From assembly GCA_038150265.1 (NCBI GenBank), contig JAYOTF010000033.1, positions 587 through 38,549 of the forward strand: a stretch of 37,963 nt of DNA. The letters run 5' to 3'. A program made the position numbers and the translations under genes. A model generated the notes under the pieces. It saw nothing but the letters and a program-made list of their open reading frames with translations, was not told where the DNA came from and did not search any database. Positions 1-8,929 of the stretch are shown here, piece by piece; within the stretch, counting starts at the first letter, position 1; each line of letters begins with the position of its first letter. Source of the DNA: Deltaproteobacteria bacterium. GTDB taxonomy: Bacteria; SAR324; NAC60-12.

Positions 1-378
1 GATTCCATCGATTCCTTCCTTCTTGAGGTATGCTACAACCTCCTCATCGTACTCCTTCCTGAGTTGCTCCTCCTCACCTTCAAGCTTCCTGATACCCTCG
101 CTCCTATAGACGAAGAGATTACTATGCTTCCTGAGTTCTTTCCGTAAAAGCTCCTTCATTTCCTCTACGGTGATGCTCTTTCCCGTTCTAGCCTGCTCGT
201 ATAAGGCTTGAGTGATCTGATTCATGAGGTTTCCGAGTCTCTTGGCTTCGACTCTTTTCGCACACGGAAGAGCTAACTTGAAGACTTTCCTGCCTCCAAG
301 CTGGTGTTGTAGCTCTATAGGAATGTATGAGCGGAAGAAGAACGAGGAGGATTCTTGAAGGAGATAGTGCCGAGACAT
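1..378 (-). CDS. Partial ORF running off the left edge; DUF6538-like N-terminus, probable tyrosine integrase of a tRNA-associated island
   Basis: Hand translation, absent from the ORF track: ATG at 378 preceded by GAGG, with no stop to position 1. MSRHYLLQESSSFFFRSYIPIELQHQLGGRKVFKLALPCAKRVEAKRLG... resembles the YLxxxxxxFYFRxxIPxxLxxxLGxxxxxxSLxTxxxxEA pattern at the N-terminus of many island integrases. The catalytic domain is outside the window. Confidence 0.6.
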   Translation of the reverse strand, partial: MSRHYLLQESSSFFFRSYIPIELQHQLGGRKVFKLALPCAKRVEAKRLGNLMNQITQALYEQARTGKSITVEEMKELLRKELRKHSNLFVYRSEGIRKLEGEEEQLRKEYDEEVVAYLKKEGIDGI

Positions 379-420
379 ATAAAGGTCCTCTGGTTGGGTG
401 ACCTTTAGATCTAAGCGAAG

Positions 421-456
421 AGCCTGTAAAACAGCCTGTAAGACAGCCCGTAAAAG
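421..456. repeat. Three tandem 12-bp direct repeats; candidate integrase arm-binding sites
   Basis: AGCCTGTAAAAC / AGCCTGTAAGAC / AGCCCGTAAAAG at 421, 433 and 445. Confidence 0.7.
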
Positions 457-487
457 CCAAGGATAGGCATTTATGGTACTGAGCCGA

Positions 488-517
488 ATCTCAGTGGATG
501 AGATAACTCACTGAGAT
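488..517. repeat. Perfect 9-bp inverted repeat just beyond the tRNA-Ala 3' end
   Basis: ATCTCAGTG (488-496), 12-nt spacer, CACTGAGAT (509-517). There is no U-tract, so it is not a clear terminator. Confidence 0.55.
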
Positions 518-548
518 AGTAAGGGATGATTGAGTAGGAATGATTTTA

Positions 549-624
549 TGGTGGAGACGAGGGGGATCGAACCCCTGACCTCATCGCTGCCAGCGATGCG
601 CTCTCCCAGCTGAGCTACGTCCCC
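549..624 (-). tRNA. tRNA-Ala(GGC)
   Basis: Reverse complement GGGGACGTAGCTCAGCTGGGAGAGCGCATCGCTGGCAGCGATGAGGTCAGGGGTTCGATCCCCCTCGTCTCCACCA. 76 nt, anticodon arm CATCG-CTGGCAG-CGATG, G3:U70 pair, encoded CCA. Confidence 0.98.
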
Positions 625-674
625 AGGAGCGGGATACACGATGGACACGGGGTGGAAGGGAGCTTCCGAAAGGA

Positions 675-750
675 TGGCGTCCCCAAGGGGATTCGAACCC
701 CTGTTCTCGCCGTGAAAGGGCGATGTCCTAGGCCTCTAGACGATGGGGAC
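675..750 (-). tRNA. tRNA-Glu(TTC)
   Basis: Reverse complement GTCCCCATCGTCTAGAGGCCTAGGACATCGCCCTTTCACGGCGAGAACAGGGGTTCGAATCCCCTTGGGGACGCCA. 76 nt, anticodon TTC, encoded CCA. Confidence 0.98.
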
Positions 751-772
751 CCGTGTCACTCGTAAACAACTT

Positions 773-800
773 ATGTTAGTGAAATTGGCTGCCGAGTCAA
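773..800 (-). promoter_or_regulatory. Candidate sigma70 promoter of the tRNA-Glu/tRNA-Ala operon
   Basis: Minus strand TTGACT-N16-TAACAT, 22 nt upstream of tRNA-Glu. Confidence 0.6.
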
Positions 801-807
801 CTTCTTT

Positions 808-2715
808 TTAAGAGGGGTCTGCATTTTCTTCAATTTTTTGTTCCAGCTGCCGCTGGGCCTCATGGAAGAACTCGAAGATCGTCGCTGCCAGGCTGGTTGA
901 AACCCCCGGCGCCTCCTCCAGCTCCTTGAGGGTGGCCTGCCGGAGCGACTTGAGGCTCCCAAAGTGCTTCAGCAGGGTCTTCTTGCGGGTCGGCCCCACA
1001 CCGGGAATTTCATCAAGCAGGGACTTCAGGTTGTCCTTGCGCTTCAGTTGACGCTGAAACTCGATGGCAAACCGGTGGGATTCGTCCCGGATGTTTTGCA
1101 GAAAGTAGAGAACAGCCGTATTGCGGTGCAGGCGGATTTCGTTCTTCTGGTTCGGTTTGACGACGTACTCAAAATCCTCATTGTTCCCGCGTCGGTACTT
1201 GCGTCGCTGCTCCGACCGTCCCTTCGCCAGCCCAATCAGGTCCACCTGGCTGAGGTCCATTCCAAGGCGCCTCAGGGCCTCTGCTGCCGCTGAAACCTGC
1301 CCCTTGCCCCCATCAATGAGGATCAGGTCCGGAAGGGCATCGCCCTGCTCCAGCGCGCGCTTGTACCGACGCGTCAGCACCTCTTCCATGCTGGCAAAGT
1401 CATCGGGCCCCTCGAGGCTCTTGATCTTGAACTTGCGGTACCCGGCCTTGAACGGGTGGTTGTCCTTCCACGCGACCATTGAGGCCACGGTCATGGTCCC
1501 GGACAGGTGCGAGATGTCAAAGGCCTCCACCGTTGCCGGAGGTCGCTTGAGGAGCAAGTGCCGCTGCACCTGCTCCAGCACTGCTTCATCCTGGACGGTT
1601 CGCTGCCGCTGCTCTTCCAGGTGCACCTTTGCATTCTGGTGGGCCATGGCGACCAGTTCCCGCTTCCGGCCCTTTTTCGGAACCATCACCTGCACCCTGC
1701 GTTCAGCCCGTTCGGAGAGGACCTGCTCCAGAGACACCTGGTCGGAGTACTCAAAGGGCAGGAGCACCTCGCGTGGAATCTGCGCCGCCTCGGCCATGTA
1801 AATGCGGTTCAGCACCTGTCCCAGCAGGTTGTCATCAGAAGCCTGCTCGCTCGCATCATAAAAGAAGAAGTCGGTCCCAAGCAGCCGCCCATTCCGGATG
1901 AACAGGACCTGAATGCCCGCGGAATCGGCTTCCCGGTAGAGGTTGAAGACGTCCTGGTCTTCACCGTTTGTGCTGAGGACCGCCTGCTTGGCAAACACCC
2001 TCCGGACCGCCTGAATCTGGTCTCGGATCTGTGCTGCCTTTTCAAAGTCGAGCCGGGCGGCGGCCTCCTTCATCAGCCGCTCCAGGTCCTTCATCAGCTC
2101 ATCATCCTTGCCCTTGAGGAAGAGCCGGACCTGCCGCACCACCTCCTGATACTCCTCAACGGGCACATCTCCCCGGCACGGAGCCAGGCAACGCTTCATC
2201 TGAAAGTTGAGGCACGGGCGGTAGGTCTTCTTCCCATCCAGCTCCATTTTGCTGGTCCGCAGGGGGAAGTAGCGGTTGACCACCCGGAGCATCTGCTTGG
2301 CGTCTTGCACCGAAGGAAACGGCCCAAAGTACTCCGAGTGCTTGTCCTGCTTCTCCCGGACCAGACGCAGGCGAGGGAAGAGCTCCTGAGTGGTGAGCTT
2401 GCAGAAGGGATAGGACTTGTCGTCCTTGAGCAGCACATTGTAGCGCGGCCGGTGGGTCTTGATGAGCTGCTCCTCCAGAATCAGCGCCTCCGCCTCGGTG
2501 TCGGTGATGACCAACGACACGTCATGGACCAGCGAGACCATGATCTGGATGCGGAGGGTGTGGTTGGCAGAGGGCTGGAAGTACGAGCGCACCCGTTGGC
2601 GCAACGACTTGGCCTTGCCGATGTAGAGGATGTCGCCGTTGAGGTTCTTGTACAGGTACACCCCCGGAAGCTCCGGGAGGGTCACCAGCTTCTCAACGAT
2701 GGGGGCGGGGCTCAT
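808..2715 (-). CDS. uvrC: Excinuclease ABC subunit C
   Basis: GIY-YIG domain (PGVY...LYIGKAKSLRQRVRSYF), UVR coiled coil (FEKAAQIRDQI), RNase H-like domain (EAFDISH, LIDGGKGQ, RDESHRFA) and C-terminal HhH (IPGVGP). Confidence 0.97.
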   Translation of the reverse strand: MSPAPIVEKLVTLPELPGVYLYKNLNGDILYIGKAKSLRQRVRSYFQPSANHTLRIQIMVSLVHDVSLVITDTEAEALILEEQLIKTHRPRYNVLLKDDKSYPFCKLTTQELFPRLRLVREKQDKHSEYFGPFPSVQDAKQMLRVVNRYFPLRTSKMELDGKKTYRPCLNFQMKRCLAPCRGDVPVEEYQEVVRQVRLFLKGKDDELMKDLERLMKEAAARLDFEKAAQIRDQIQAVRRVFAKQAVLSTNGEDQDVFNLYREADSAGIQVLFIRNGRLLGTDFFFYDASEQASDDNLLGQVLNRIYMAEAAQIPREVLLPFEYSDQVSLEQVLSERAERRVQVMVPKKGRKRELVAMAHQNAKVHLEEQRQRTVQDEAVLEQVQRHLLLKRPPATVEAFDISHLSGTMTVASMVAWKDNHPFKAGYRKFKIKSLEGPDDFASMEEVLTRRYKRALEQGDALPDLILIDGGKGQVSAAAEALRRLGMDLSQVDLIGLAKGRSEQRRKYRRGNNEDFEYVVKPNQKNEIRLHRNTAVLYFLQNIRDESHRFAIEFQRQLKRKDNLKSLLDEIPGVGPTRKKTLLKHFGSLKSLRQATLKELEEAPGVSTSLAATIFEFFHEAQRQLEQKIEENADPS

Positions 2716-2748
2716 GGGCAGGAGGAGGGAGACACGAAGATCCGGGGG

Positions 2749-3363
2749 TTACTCGGCGAGGAGGTCGTCGATGGTCTCCGGAAGCTTCTCCACAAAGGCG
2801 GCCATGTCGCCATACTGTCCCACGTCCATCTTCATGCTGTTCTCCAGCACCACGGTCGGGGTTCCCGTGACGCCATAGGCGGTCGCCTTCTGCATGCCCT
2901 CTTCAATCAACGCGGTCACCCACGCCTGATCCTTCTGTTCCTTGTACTGAGGGCCCATGCCCAGCGAGCGGGCGAGGTAGTTGACGATTCCGGGATCAAA
3001 CACATTCACGCTGTGCTTGAAGCTCGCGTCAAACAGAGCGGTCTTGACCAGGTCGCCCTTGCCCTGCTTCTTGGCAATGTGGTAGAGCCGCAACGGCGCA
3101 TCGTCTTGGCCCCGGAAGGCAATGGGGATGTCGATGAACTCGATCTGCTCCGCATACTTCTTCCGGAAGTCCTGAGAGAGGTTGCGCAGGTTGTTGCAGT
3201 GCGGGCACCCAAAATTCAGGAATTCTTCAAAACGAACCTTCTGGACGCTGTGAGCCGCCGGGGCCTCGCCCACCAGCTCGTAGTGACCTCGAATGTCCGC
3301 AGCCTGTGCGAAACCGACCAGTGAAAGAGAGAGCAGCAAAACAGCAAGCAGCCGAGGGATCAT
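2749..3363 (-). CDS. DsbA-family periplasmic thiol:disulfide oxidoreductase
   Basis: Signal peptide MIPRLLAVLLLSLSLVGFAQA, CPHC active site and cis-Pro loop VTGTPT. Start moved to ATG 3363, which follows a GGAG SD. Confidence 0.85.
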   Translation of the reverse strand: MIPRLLAVLLLSLSLVGFAQAADIRGHYELVGEAPAAHSVQKVRFEEFLNFGCPHCNNLRNLSQDFRKKYAEQIEFIDIPIAFRGQDDAPLRLYHIAKKQGKGDLVKTALFDASFKHSVNVFDPGIVNYLARSLGMGPQYKEQKDQAWVTALIEEGMQKATAYGVTGTPTVVLENSMKMDVGQYGDMAAFVEKLPETIDDLLAE

Positions 3364-3388
3364 AAAAACTCCGTTGATCATCAAGAGG

Positions 3389-4123
3389 TTAAGCAGTCGG
3401 GGAGGCAAGATCGCCTGCCAGAAATTGGAGCAAGGTAGCGCCTGCAACCACCGCCGTTTCCGTTCGCAGGATCCGGGGTCCCAGCGTCCAGGTCGGAATG
3501 CCTGCCTCCCGGAGCAGCGCTTGCTCGTCAGGAGCCAGCCCGCCTTCAGGACCGATGATGAGCCGGGCCTGACGTTCCGGAAGCAGGTCGGTTTGGGCAG
3601 GACCCGCTCCGGAACCGGGTTCCAGGCTCCAGGTGCGGCACGGTGGAGCAGTCGCCAAAGCCGTCTTCAGGTCGTCGGACCAGTGCAGCTCCGGAGGTGT
3701 GTGACGCTCGCACTGCTTGCAGGCCTCCCAGGCGATGCGGCTCCAGCGTTCCAAACGTTGCGTGGGATGTTCCGGAAGCTTGGGAGAGTGCCGACTCGCA
3801 AAGACGTGAAACCGGGACACGCCCAGCTCGGTCGCCTTCTGGAGGCTCCAGTCCAGCGCTTTTTCCTTGGGCGCCGCCAGGAGGAGTTCGAGGTGAAGTG
3901 GGGAAGGCGGCGGGGGCAGCTGCTCCGCCTCCGGAAGCACGACCACTTCCTTGCGTCGAAGCTCAACGACCTGAGCCTGGAACCGGGTTCCGGAGGCATC
4001 CTGCACCGTCAGCGTCTCGCCCAGGCGGAGGCGCCGGGCGTTCCGGGCGTGGTGCCCTTCATCCCCGGCCAGCGGAGCCGCAACTCCGAGGCGCAGGTGG
4101 CCTTGATGGAGAAAGTAAGGCAC
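3389..4123 (-). CDS. rsmE: 16S rRNA m3U1498 methyltransferase
   Basis: HHARNARRL, QKATELGV, EACKQC, IGPEGG and LGPRILRTETA motifs. Confidence 0.95.
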   Translation of the reverse strand: MPYFLHQGHLRLGVAAPLAGDEGHHARNARRLRLGETLTVQDASGTRFQAQVVELRRKEVVVLPEAEQLPPPPSPLHLELLLAAPKEKALDWSLQKATELGVSRFHVFASRHSPKLPEHPTQRLERWSRIAWEACKQCERHTPPELHWSDDLKTALATAPPCRTWSLEPGSGAGPAQTDLLPERQARLIIGPEGGLAPDEQALLREAGIPTWTLGPRILRTETAVVAGATLLQFLAGDLASPTA

Positions 4124-4137
4124 CTGAACCGAAGGGG

Positions 4138-6384
4138 TCAGGAATACTGAAAGGTCAGCTGGTCCCCTTCCAGGTCAATGGACACCTCTCCGCCGTTGGC
4201 GAGCTTCCCAAAGAGCACCTCATCTGCCAGCACGGTTTCCACTTCCTGCTGAATGAGGCGGGCCATTGGCCGGGCTCCGAACGAAGGATCGTAGCCCTTG
4301 CGAGCCATCCAGCCCTTGGCTTCATCGGAAACGTTGATGATCACCTTCTGAGCCTGCAGCTTGACCTCCAGGGCGACCAAGAGCTTGTCCACGACCATCC
4401 GGACCACCTGCTCCGGAAGCTGAGCAAACGGGATGATGCTGTCCAGCCGGTTCCGGAACTCCGGACTGAAGGCCCGTTCCAGCGCCTGCTTGGAAGGCGA
4501 CTTGGGCGCATTGGAGCCCGCAAAACCAATGGCGTTTGAGGCCATCTCCTTGGCCCCCACGTTCGAGGTCATGATCAGTACGACATTCCGGAAGTCCGCC
4601 TCGCGTCCATTGTTGTCGGTCAGGGTCGCATGATCCATGACCTGCAGGAGGATGTTGAAGATGTCCGGATGCGCCTTCTCGATTTCATCCAGCAGCACCA
4701 CGCTGTGCGGGTTCTTGCGGATCGCATCCGTCAGCAGCCCCCCCTGGTCAAACCCGACGTATCCGGGAGGTGCCCCGATGAGGCGAGAGACGGTGTGCTT
4801 CTCCATGTACTCGGACATGTCAAAGCGGTGGAAGTGGATGCCCATGATGAAGGCGAGTTGCTTGGCCAGCTCCGTCTTTCCGACACCGGTGGGCCCCGTG
4901 AAGAGGAACGAGCCGATGGGCTTGTCCGGATCCCGCAGGCCGGCCTTGGACCGCTTGATGGCCTTGGTCAGCACATCAATGGCGTCATCCTGTCCAAAGA
5001 CCTGGAGTTTCAGCTCCTTCTCCAGCTCCTGGAGCTTTTCCTTGTCGGTGCTGTTCATGCGCTCAATCGGCACCCGCGCAATGCTCGCGACCACTCGCTC
5101 GATGTCCTGTGGCGTGACGGTCTTGCGCTTGGAACCGCCCTGAAGCCGGACCATTGAGCCGGCTTCGTCAATGACGTCAATGGCCTTGTCCGGAAGGAAG
5201 CGGTCGTTGATGTGCTTGGCTGCCAGGTCGGCCGCCATGCGCAACGCGCTGACGGTGTAGCGCAACTCGTGGTGCTTCTCGTACTGAGGCTTGAGGCCCT
5301 TCAGGATGAGGAAGGTTTCTTCCACCGAGGGCTCGGTGATGTCAATCTTCTGGAAGCGACGGGAGAGGGCCCGGTCCTTCTCGAAGATCTTCTTGTACTC
5401 CTCATAAGTGGTGGAGCCGATGCAGCGGATCTCCCCCTTGGCCAAGGCGGGCTTGAGGAGGTTTGAGACGTCCATGGAGCCTCCACTTGTGGCCCCTGCT
5501 CCAATGATGGTGTGGATCTCGTCGATGAAGAGCACCGATCCGGGCTTCTGGCGCAGGGCCTTGAGGACCGCCTTGATGCGCTGTTCAAAGTCCCCCCGGA
5601 ACTTGGTTCCGGCGAGCAGGGCGCCAATATCGAGTGAGAAGACCTCCGCGTGCTGCAGCAGATCGGGGGTGCTGCCTTCATGGATGCGCAGGGCCAGGCC
5701 TTCTGCAATCGCCGTCTTCCCCACTCCGGGGTCACCGACATAGATCGGGTTGTTCTTGCGCCGGCGGCACAGGATCTGGACCGTCCGCTCCAGCTCATGG
5801 TTTCGGCCAATGAGCGGGTCCAGGCGTCCTTCCTCTGCCAGGCGGGAGAGGTTCTGGGTGTAGAGCTTGAGGGGGTCCTGCTCGGAACGTGGCTGAGACG
5901 GCTCGTCTTCGTCGTTGTTCTCGTAGTTGAGGTTTTCCTCCTCGTCTTCCACCGGAACCTTGGCAATGCCGTGGGAGATGTAGTTGAGCAGATCCAGGCG
6001 CGTGATGCCTTCCTTCTGCAGGAAGTAGGAGGCGTACGACTGAGACTCCCGGTGGATGGCCACCAGAATGTCTCCCACGTCTGCCGAAGCCTTTCCGGAG
6101 CTGTTGACGTGCATGATCGCAAGGTGCAGCACCCGCTGGACCGCTCGGGTTTGCTGCGGACTGTTCCCCGCGTCATCGGTCACCGTTTCCTGCTGCGAGA
6201 AGAACTCCTCGAGGTCGGCCTTGATCCGCTCCACGTTGCCACCACAGCTCCGGATGATCCGGATGCCGGCATCATGGTGCAGCAGGGCATAGAGAATGTG
6301 TTCCACGCAAAGGTACTCGTGCTTGCGCTCCTTCGCTTCGCTCTGTGCCGCCATCAGGCACATTTCCAAATCTCGTGTAAACAT
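4138..6384 (-). CDS. clpA: ATP-dependent Clp protease ATP-binding subunit ClpA
   Basis: Clp N-domain and two AAA+ modules (GDPGVGKT, GPTGVGKT) with no ClpB middle domain; 748 aa; directly downstream of clpS. Confidence 0.96.
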   Translation of the reverse strand: MFTRDLEMCLMAAQSEAKERKHEYLCVEHILYALLHHDAGIRIIRSCGGNVERIKADLEEFFSQQETVTDDAGNSPQQTRAVQRVLHLAIMHVNSSGKASADVGDILVAIHRESQSYASYFLQKEGITRLDLLNYISHGIAKVPVEDEEENLNYENNDEDEPSQPRSEQDPLKLYTQNLSRLAEEGRLDPLIGRNHELERTVQILCRRRKNNPIYVGDPGVGKTAIAEGLALRIHEGSTPDLLQHAEVFSLDIGALLAGTKFRGDFEQRIKAVLKALRQKPGSVLFIDEIHTIIGAGATSGGSMDVSNLLKPALAKGEIRCIGSTTYEEYKKIFEKDRALSRRFQKIDITEPSVEETFLILKGLKPQYEKHHELRYTVSALRMAADLAAKHINDRFLPDKAIDVIDEAGSMVRLQGGSKRKTVTPQDIERVVASIARVPIERMNSTDKEKLQELEKELKLQVFGQDDAIDVLTKAIKRSKAGLRDPDKPIGSFLFTGPTGVGKTELAKQLAFIMGIHFHRFDMSEYMEKHTVSRLIGAPPGYVGFDQGGLLTDAIRKNPHSVVLLDEIEKAHPDIFNILLQVMDHATLTDNNGREADFRNVVLIMTSNVGAKEMASNAIGFAGSNAPKSPSKQALERAFSPEFRNRLDSIIPFAQLPEQVVRMVVDKLLVALEVKLQAQKVIINVSDEAKGWMARKGYDPSFGARPMARLIQQEVETVLADEVLFGKLANGGEVSIDLEGDQLTFQYS

Positions 6385-6390
6385 GCTCGC

Positions 6391-6699
6391 TCAGACCTCT
6401 TCCATGCTGGCTTTGAGGGGAAATTCGTACTGCTCGGCCAACTCGTGTACTGCCTCGACCTTGGTTTCAGCAACTTCGTGGGTGTACACGCCACAGACCC
6501 CCACCCCGTTTTCGTGAACCCGGAGCATGATCTGAGTGGCTTCTGCAGGACTCTTGTGAAACACCGTCTGGACCACGTAGACAACGAACTCCATGGTGGT
6601 GTAGTCGTCGTTGTGCAACAGCACTTTATACTGTTTGGGGCGCTTCAGCTTGGGGCGGGTCTGACTGACGACCGCTTCGTCCGGTTTGGATTGGCTCAT
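6391..6699 (-). CDS. clpS: Clp protease adaptor ClpS
   Basis: YKVLLHNDDYTTMEFVV...IMLRVHENG...EVAETK...FPL. Confidence 0.97.
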   Translation of the reverse strand: MSQSKPDEAVVSQTRPKLKRPKQYKVLLHNDDYTTMEFVVYVVQTVFHKSPAEATQIMLRVHENGVGVCGVYTHEVAETKVEAVHELAEQYEFPLKASMEEV

Positions 6700-6784
6700 T
6701 GCGGGTTCCCAACTGCAAAGCGATGTGGACTACGGGGGACGCGTTTGGAACTCAGTGAATGATGAGTGAAGTGACCGCTGATTG

Positions 6785-7753
6785 TCAACCCATTTCCTGC
6801 ATTTCCAGTCCCGGTGCCTGGAGCTTCTGATAGGACGATGGATCCTTCAGATAGACCCGGCTATTCGGAGGGACACTGTGGGTCAGCCAGACGTTTCCGC
6901 CAATCACGGAACCTCGCCCAATCACCGTATCTCCTCCCAAAATGGTGGCTCCTGCGTAGATCGTCACATCGTCTTCAATCGTCGGGTGCCGCTTCGTTTG
7001 AGAGTGCTCCGCATGCCGAGGACTGAGGGCCCCCAGGGTGACGCCCTGGTAGATGCGGACATGGTTGCCCAGCACCGCGGTGCCACCGATCACCACCCCC
7101 GTGCCATGGTCGATCATCAGGCCCCGTCCCAGCTCCGCGTTGGGGTGAATGTCGATGCCAAAGCGCGAATGAACGTACTCGGTGAGGATCCGGGGGATGA
7201 GTGGAATCTGCCGCCGATGGAGGAAGTGCGCAATCCGGAACACGCTCAGGGCCTGCAGGCCCGGATACGCCAGCACCACCTCGCGCTTGCTGGTGGCGGC
7301 AGGGTCTCCTTCCATGATCGCGTCGACGTCCTCGGCAAGAATGTCCCGCAGCTCCGGGAGGAACTCCAGGAACTCGAAAACAATGGCCTCCACCCGCTCG
7401 CTGAAGTCACTCCGCTCCGCGCAGTCTCGTCCTTCCTGAGAGGCCGCCCAGCACAGCACCAGCTCCAGCGCTTCACGCATCCGGTAGAAGATCGACACCG
7501 TCTTCTGCCCCATCGCGTAGGGCAGGTTGAGGCGGTCGAAGGCTTCCTGCCGGATCAGTCCCGGAAACAGGAGCACCAGGATGTCTTCTGCAAGCGCGAT
7601 GATGCTTTCCTTGGCCGGGAGCGAAACGGTGCCGATGCGTTCAATTTCCGGATGCTGGTCATACGACTGCATCAGTTGGCTCACGGCCTCTCGCAAACGC
7701 TGCTCGCGACGGATCTCCCTCGGGTCGACTGAGGCGTTTCGAGTCATTGCCAT
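6785..7753 (-). CDS. cysE: Serine O-acetyltransferase (long, EpsC-type N-terminus)
   Basis: GDPAA...YPG, GIDIHP, IDHGTGVVIG, YQGVTLGA and KRHPTI hexapeptide-repeat motifs. Confidence 0.88.
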   Translation of the reverse strand: MAMTRNASVDPREIRREQRLREAVSQLMQSYDQHPEIERIGTVSLPAKESIIALAEDILVLLFPGLIRQEAFDRLNLPYAMGQKTVSIFYRMREALELVLCWAASQEGRDCAERSDFSERVEAIVFEFLEFLPELRDILAEDVDAIMEGDPAATSKREVVLAYPGLQALSVFRIAHFLHRRQIPLIPRILTEYVHSRFGIDIHPNAELGRGLMIDHGTGVVIGGTAVLGNHVRIYQGVTLGALSPRHAEHSQTKRHPTIEDDVTIYAGATILGGDTVIGRGSVIGGNVWLTHSVPPNSRVYLKDPSSYQKLQAPGLEMQEMG

Positions 7754-7812
7754 TTCAGGAGAGGTGCTGTTATTCTAGTCATTCGAATCTTTTCTCAACT
7801 CAAGGAGTCTGA

Positions 7813-8487
7813 ATGGAAGCGTATCAGCGCGAGTTTGCTCGTTTTCTGGTGAAGGCGGGAGCCCTGCAGTTTGGTGAATTCACCCTCAAGAGCGGCCGGG
7901 TCTCTCCTTACTTTTTCAACTCCTCCCGCTTCAACACGGGCGCCTTGATCCAGGAACTGGGACGCTTTTACGCCCATGGCATTCAGGCCTTTGCTCCTCA
8001 ATGCACGGTTGTGTTCGGACCGGCCTACAAGGGCATTCCCCTCTGTGTTTCCACCGCTGAAGCGCTTTCTGAAACTACCCAAAAGGGTATCGGATATTTT
8101 TTCAACCGAAAAGAGAAAAAGCCGCATGGAGACGGGGGCCTCCTTGTGGGACAGGTTCCACAAAAAGAGGACTTTGTGGTCATGGTTGATGACGTCATTA
8201 CCGACGGTCAGACCAAGGTGGAGGCCATTGAAGCCGTCCGGGCCGAGTGCGGGGCCGAAATCGGCGGGATTCTGGTGGCAGTGGACCGCCTGGAGCGCAA
8301 TGCTCAGCAGCGCAGTGCCTCTGCCGACCTCGAAGCCCGAACCGGCATTCCCGTTCGGTCCATTGCCACCATCCGGGAAATCTGTGCAGCGCTGGAATCC
8401 GTCGAAATCGACGGCCAGCGGGTTCTGCCTCCCGAGGTTCAGGCACGCATTGAGGCTTACCTTTCAGAATATGGAGTAGACGAATAA
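7813..8487 (+). CDS. pyrE: Orotate phosphoribosyltransferase
   Basis: FGEFTLKSGRVSPYFFN, FGPAYKGIP, NRKEKKPHGDGG and the PRPP motif VDDVITDG. Confidence 0.96.
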   Translation: MEAYQREFARFLVKAGALQFGEFTLKSGRVSPYFFNSSRFNTGALIQELGRFYAHGIQAFAPQCTVVFGPAYKGIPLCVSTAEALSETTQKGIGYFFNRKEKKPHGDGGLLVGQVPQKEDFVVMVDDVITDGQTKVEAIEAVRAECGAEIGGILVAVDRLERNAQQRSASADLEARTGIPVRSIATIREICAALESVEIDGQRVLPPEVQARIEAYLSEYGVDE

Positions 8488-8922
8488 ATGCAGCAAGCCC
8501 ATCCTTCCGACCGAACCCGACGCCGTGCCTCCGTCTCGTGGGCCCAGGCGCAGGAAGACCTTCAGGAATCGAAACAGCGCATCAAGGAGGCTCCGGACGC
8601 CAGTTGCCTCCTGTCCATGCAGTGTGCCATCAACGCCCTGTCCTCCATTCCAGAGGCCCAGGGCCGCTTTCAGCTTCCCACCTATTCCTCGGTGGAGATG
8701 CTGGATGTCTGCCTCCAGTATGCTCCGGAGCTGGAGGCGCTCCGGAACTCCTGCTACGTCCTGGACGGGCTGCTGGAGCGCGACGTCATGGGCAATGCCC
8801 AGCAAAAGAACATCCGCTTCACCTCCGCCTACGCCCGTACCTGCCATCAGGCGGCCGAGGCGGTGCTGGATGGGCTGAGGAGCTTCTTCAAGGCCAACGC
8901 CACGGCCTACTTTGCGCCCTAG
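8488..8922 (+). CDS. HEPN-domain protein, degenerate, no adjacent MNT partner
   Basis: WAQAQEDL...ASCLLSMQCAINALSS...LPTYSSVEMLD...ELEAL...FTSAYARTCHQAAEAVL follows the COG2250-type HEPN helix pattern (WLxQAxEDL, ACFxAQQAAEKALKA, THxLxxLL, TxEDAExALExAExVL). Its ATG abuts the pyrE stop. Confidence 0.7.
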   Translation: MQQAHPSDRTRRRASVSWAQAQEDLQESKQRIKEAPDASCLLSMQCAINALSSIPEAQGRFQLPTYSSVEMLDVCLQYAPELEALRNSCYVLDGLLERDVMGNAQQKNIRFTSAYARTCHQAAEAVLDGLRSFFKANATAYFAP

Positions 8923-8929
8923 GAGCGGC

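Larger units (their letters stand above)
1..548. mobile_element. Edge of a probable genomic island integrated at the 3' end of tRNA-Ala
   Basis: GC drops to about 47% in sampled lines versus above 60% elsewhere. The boundary coincides with the tRNA-Ala CCA end at 549. An integrase-like ORF points away from the tRNA, with tandem repeats in between. Confidence 0.55.

Noticed and set aside
421..456. Possible CRISPR array
   Set aside because: The units are 12 bp, directly adjacent, with no spacers and no cas genes. No CRISPR array was seen anywhere in the window.
188..460. 90-aa minus-strand ORF from the track, with a TGCLTGCFTG repeat
   Set aside because: It overlaps the better-supported 1-378 frame, and the peptide repeat merely reflects the 12-bp DNA repeat.
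1507..3324. 605-aa plus-strand ORF, and similar long ORFs at 5650-6762, 22666-24312, 26454-28160, 28176-29816, 30939-32024 and 35216-36754
   Set aside because: Antisense shadows of well-supported genes. Long stop-free antisense frames are expected with GC-rich codon usage, and the translations have no recognisable motifs.
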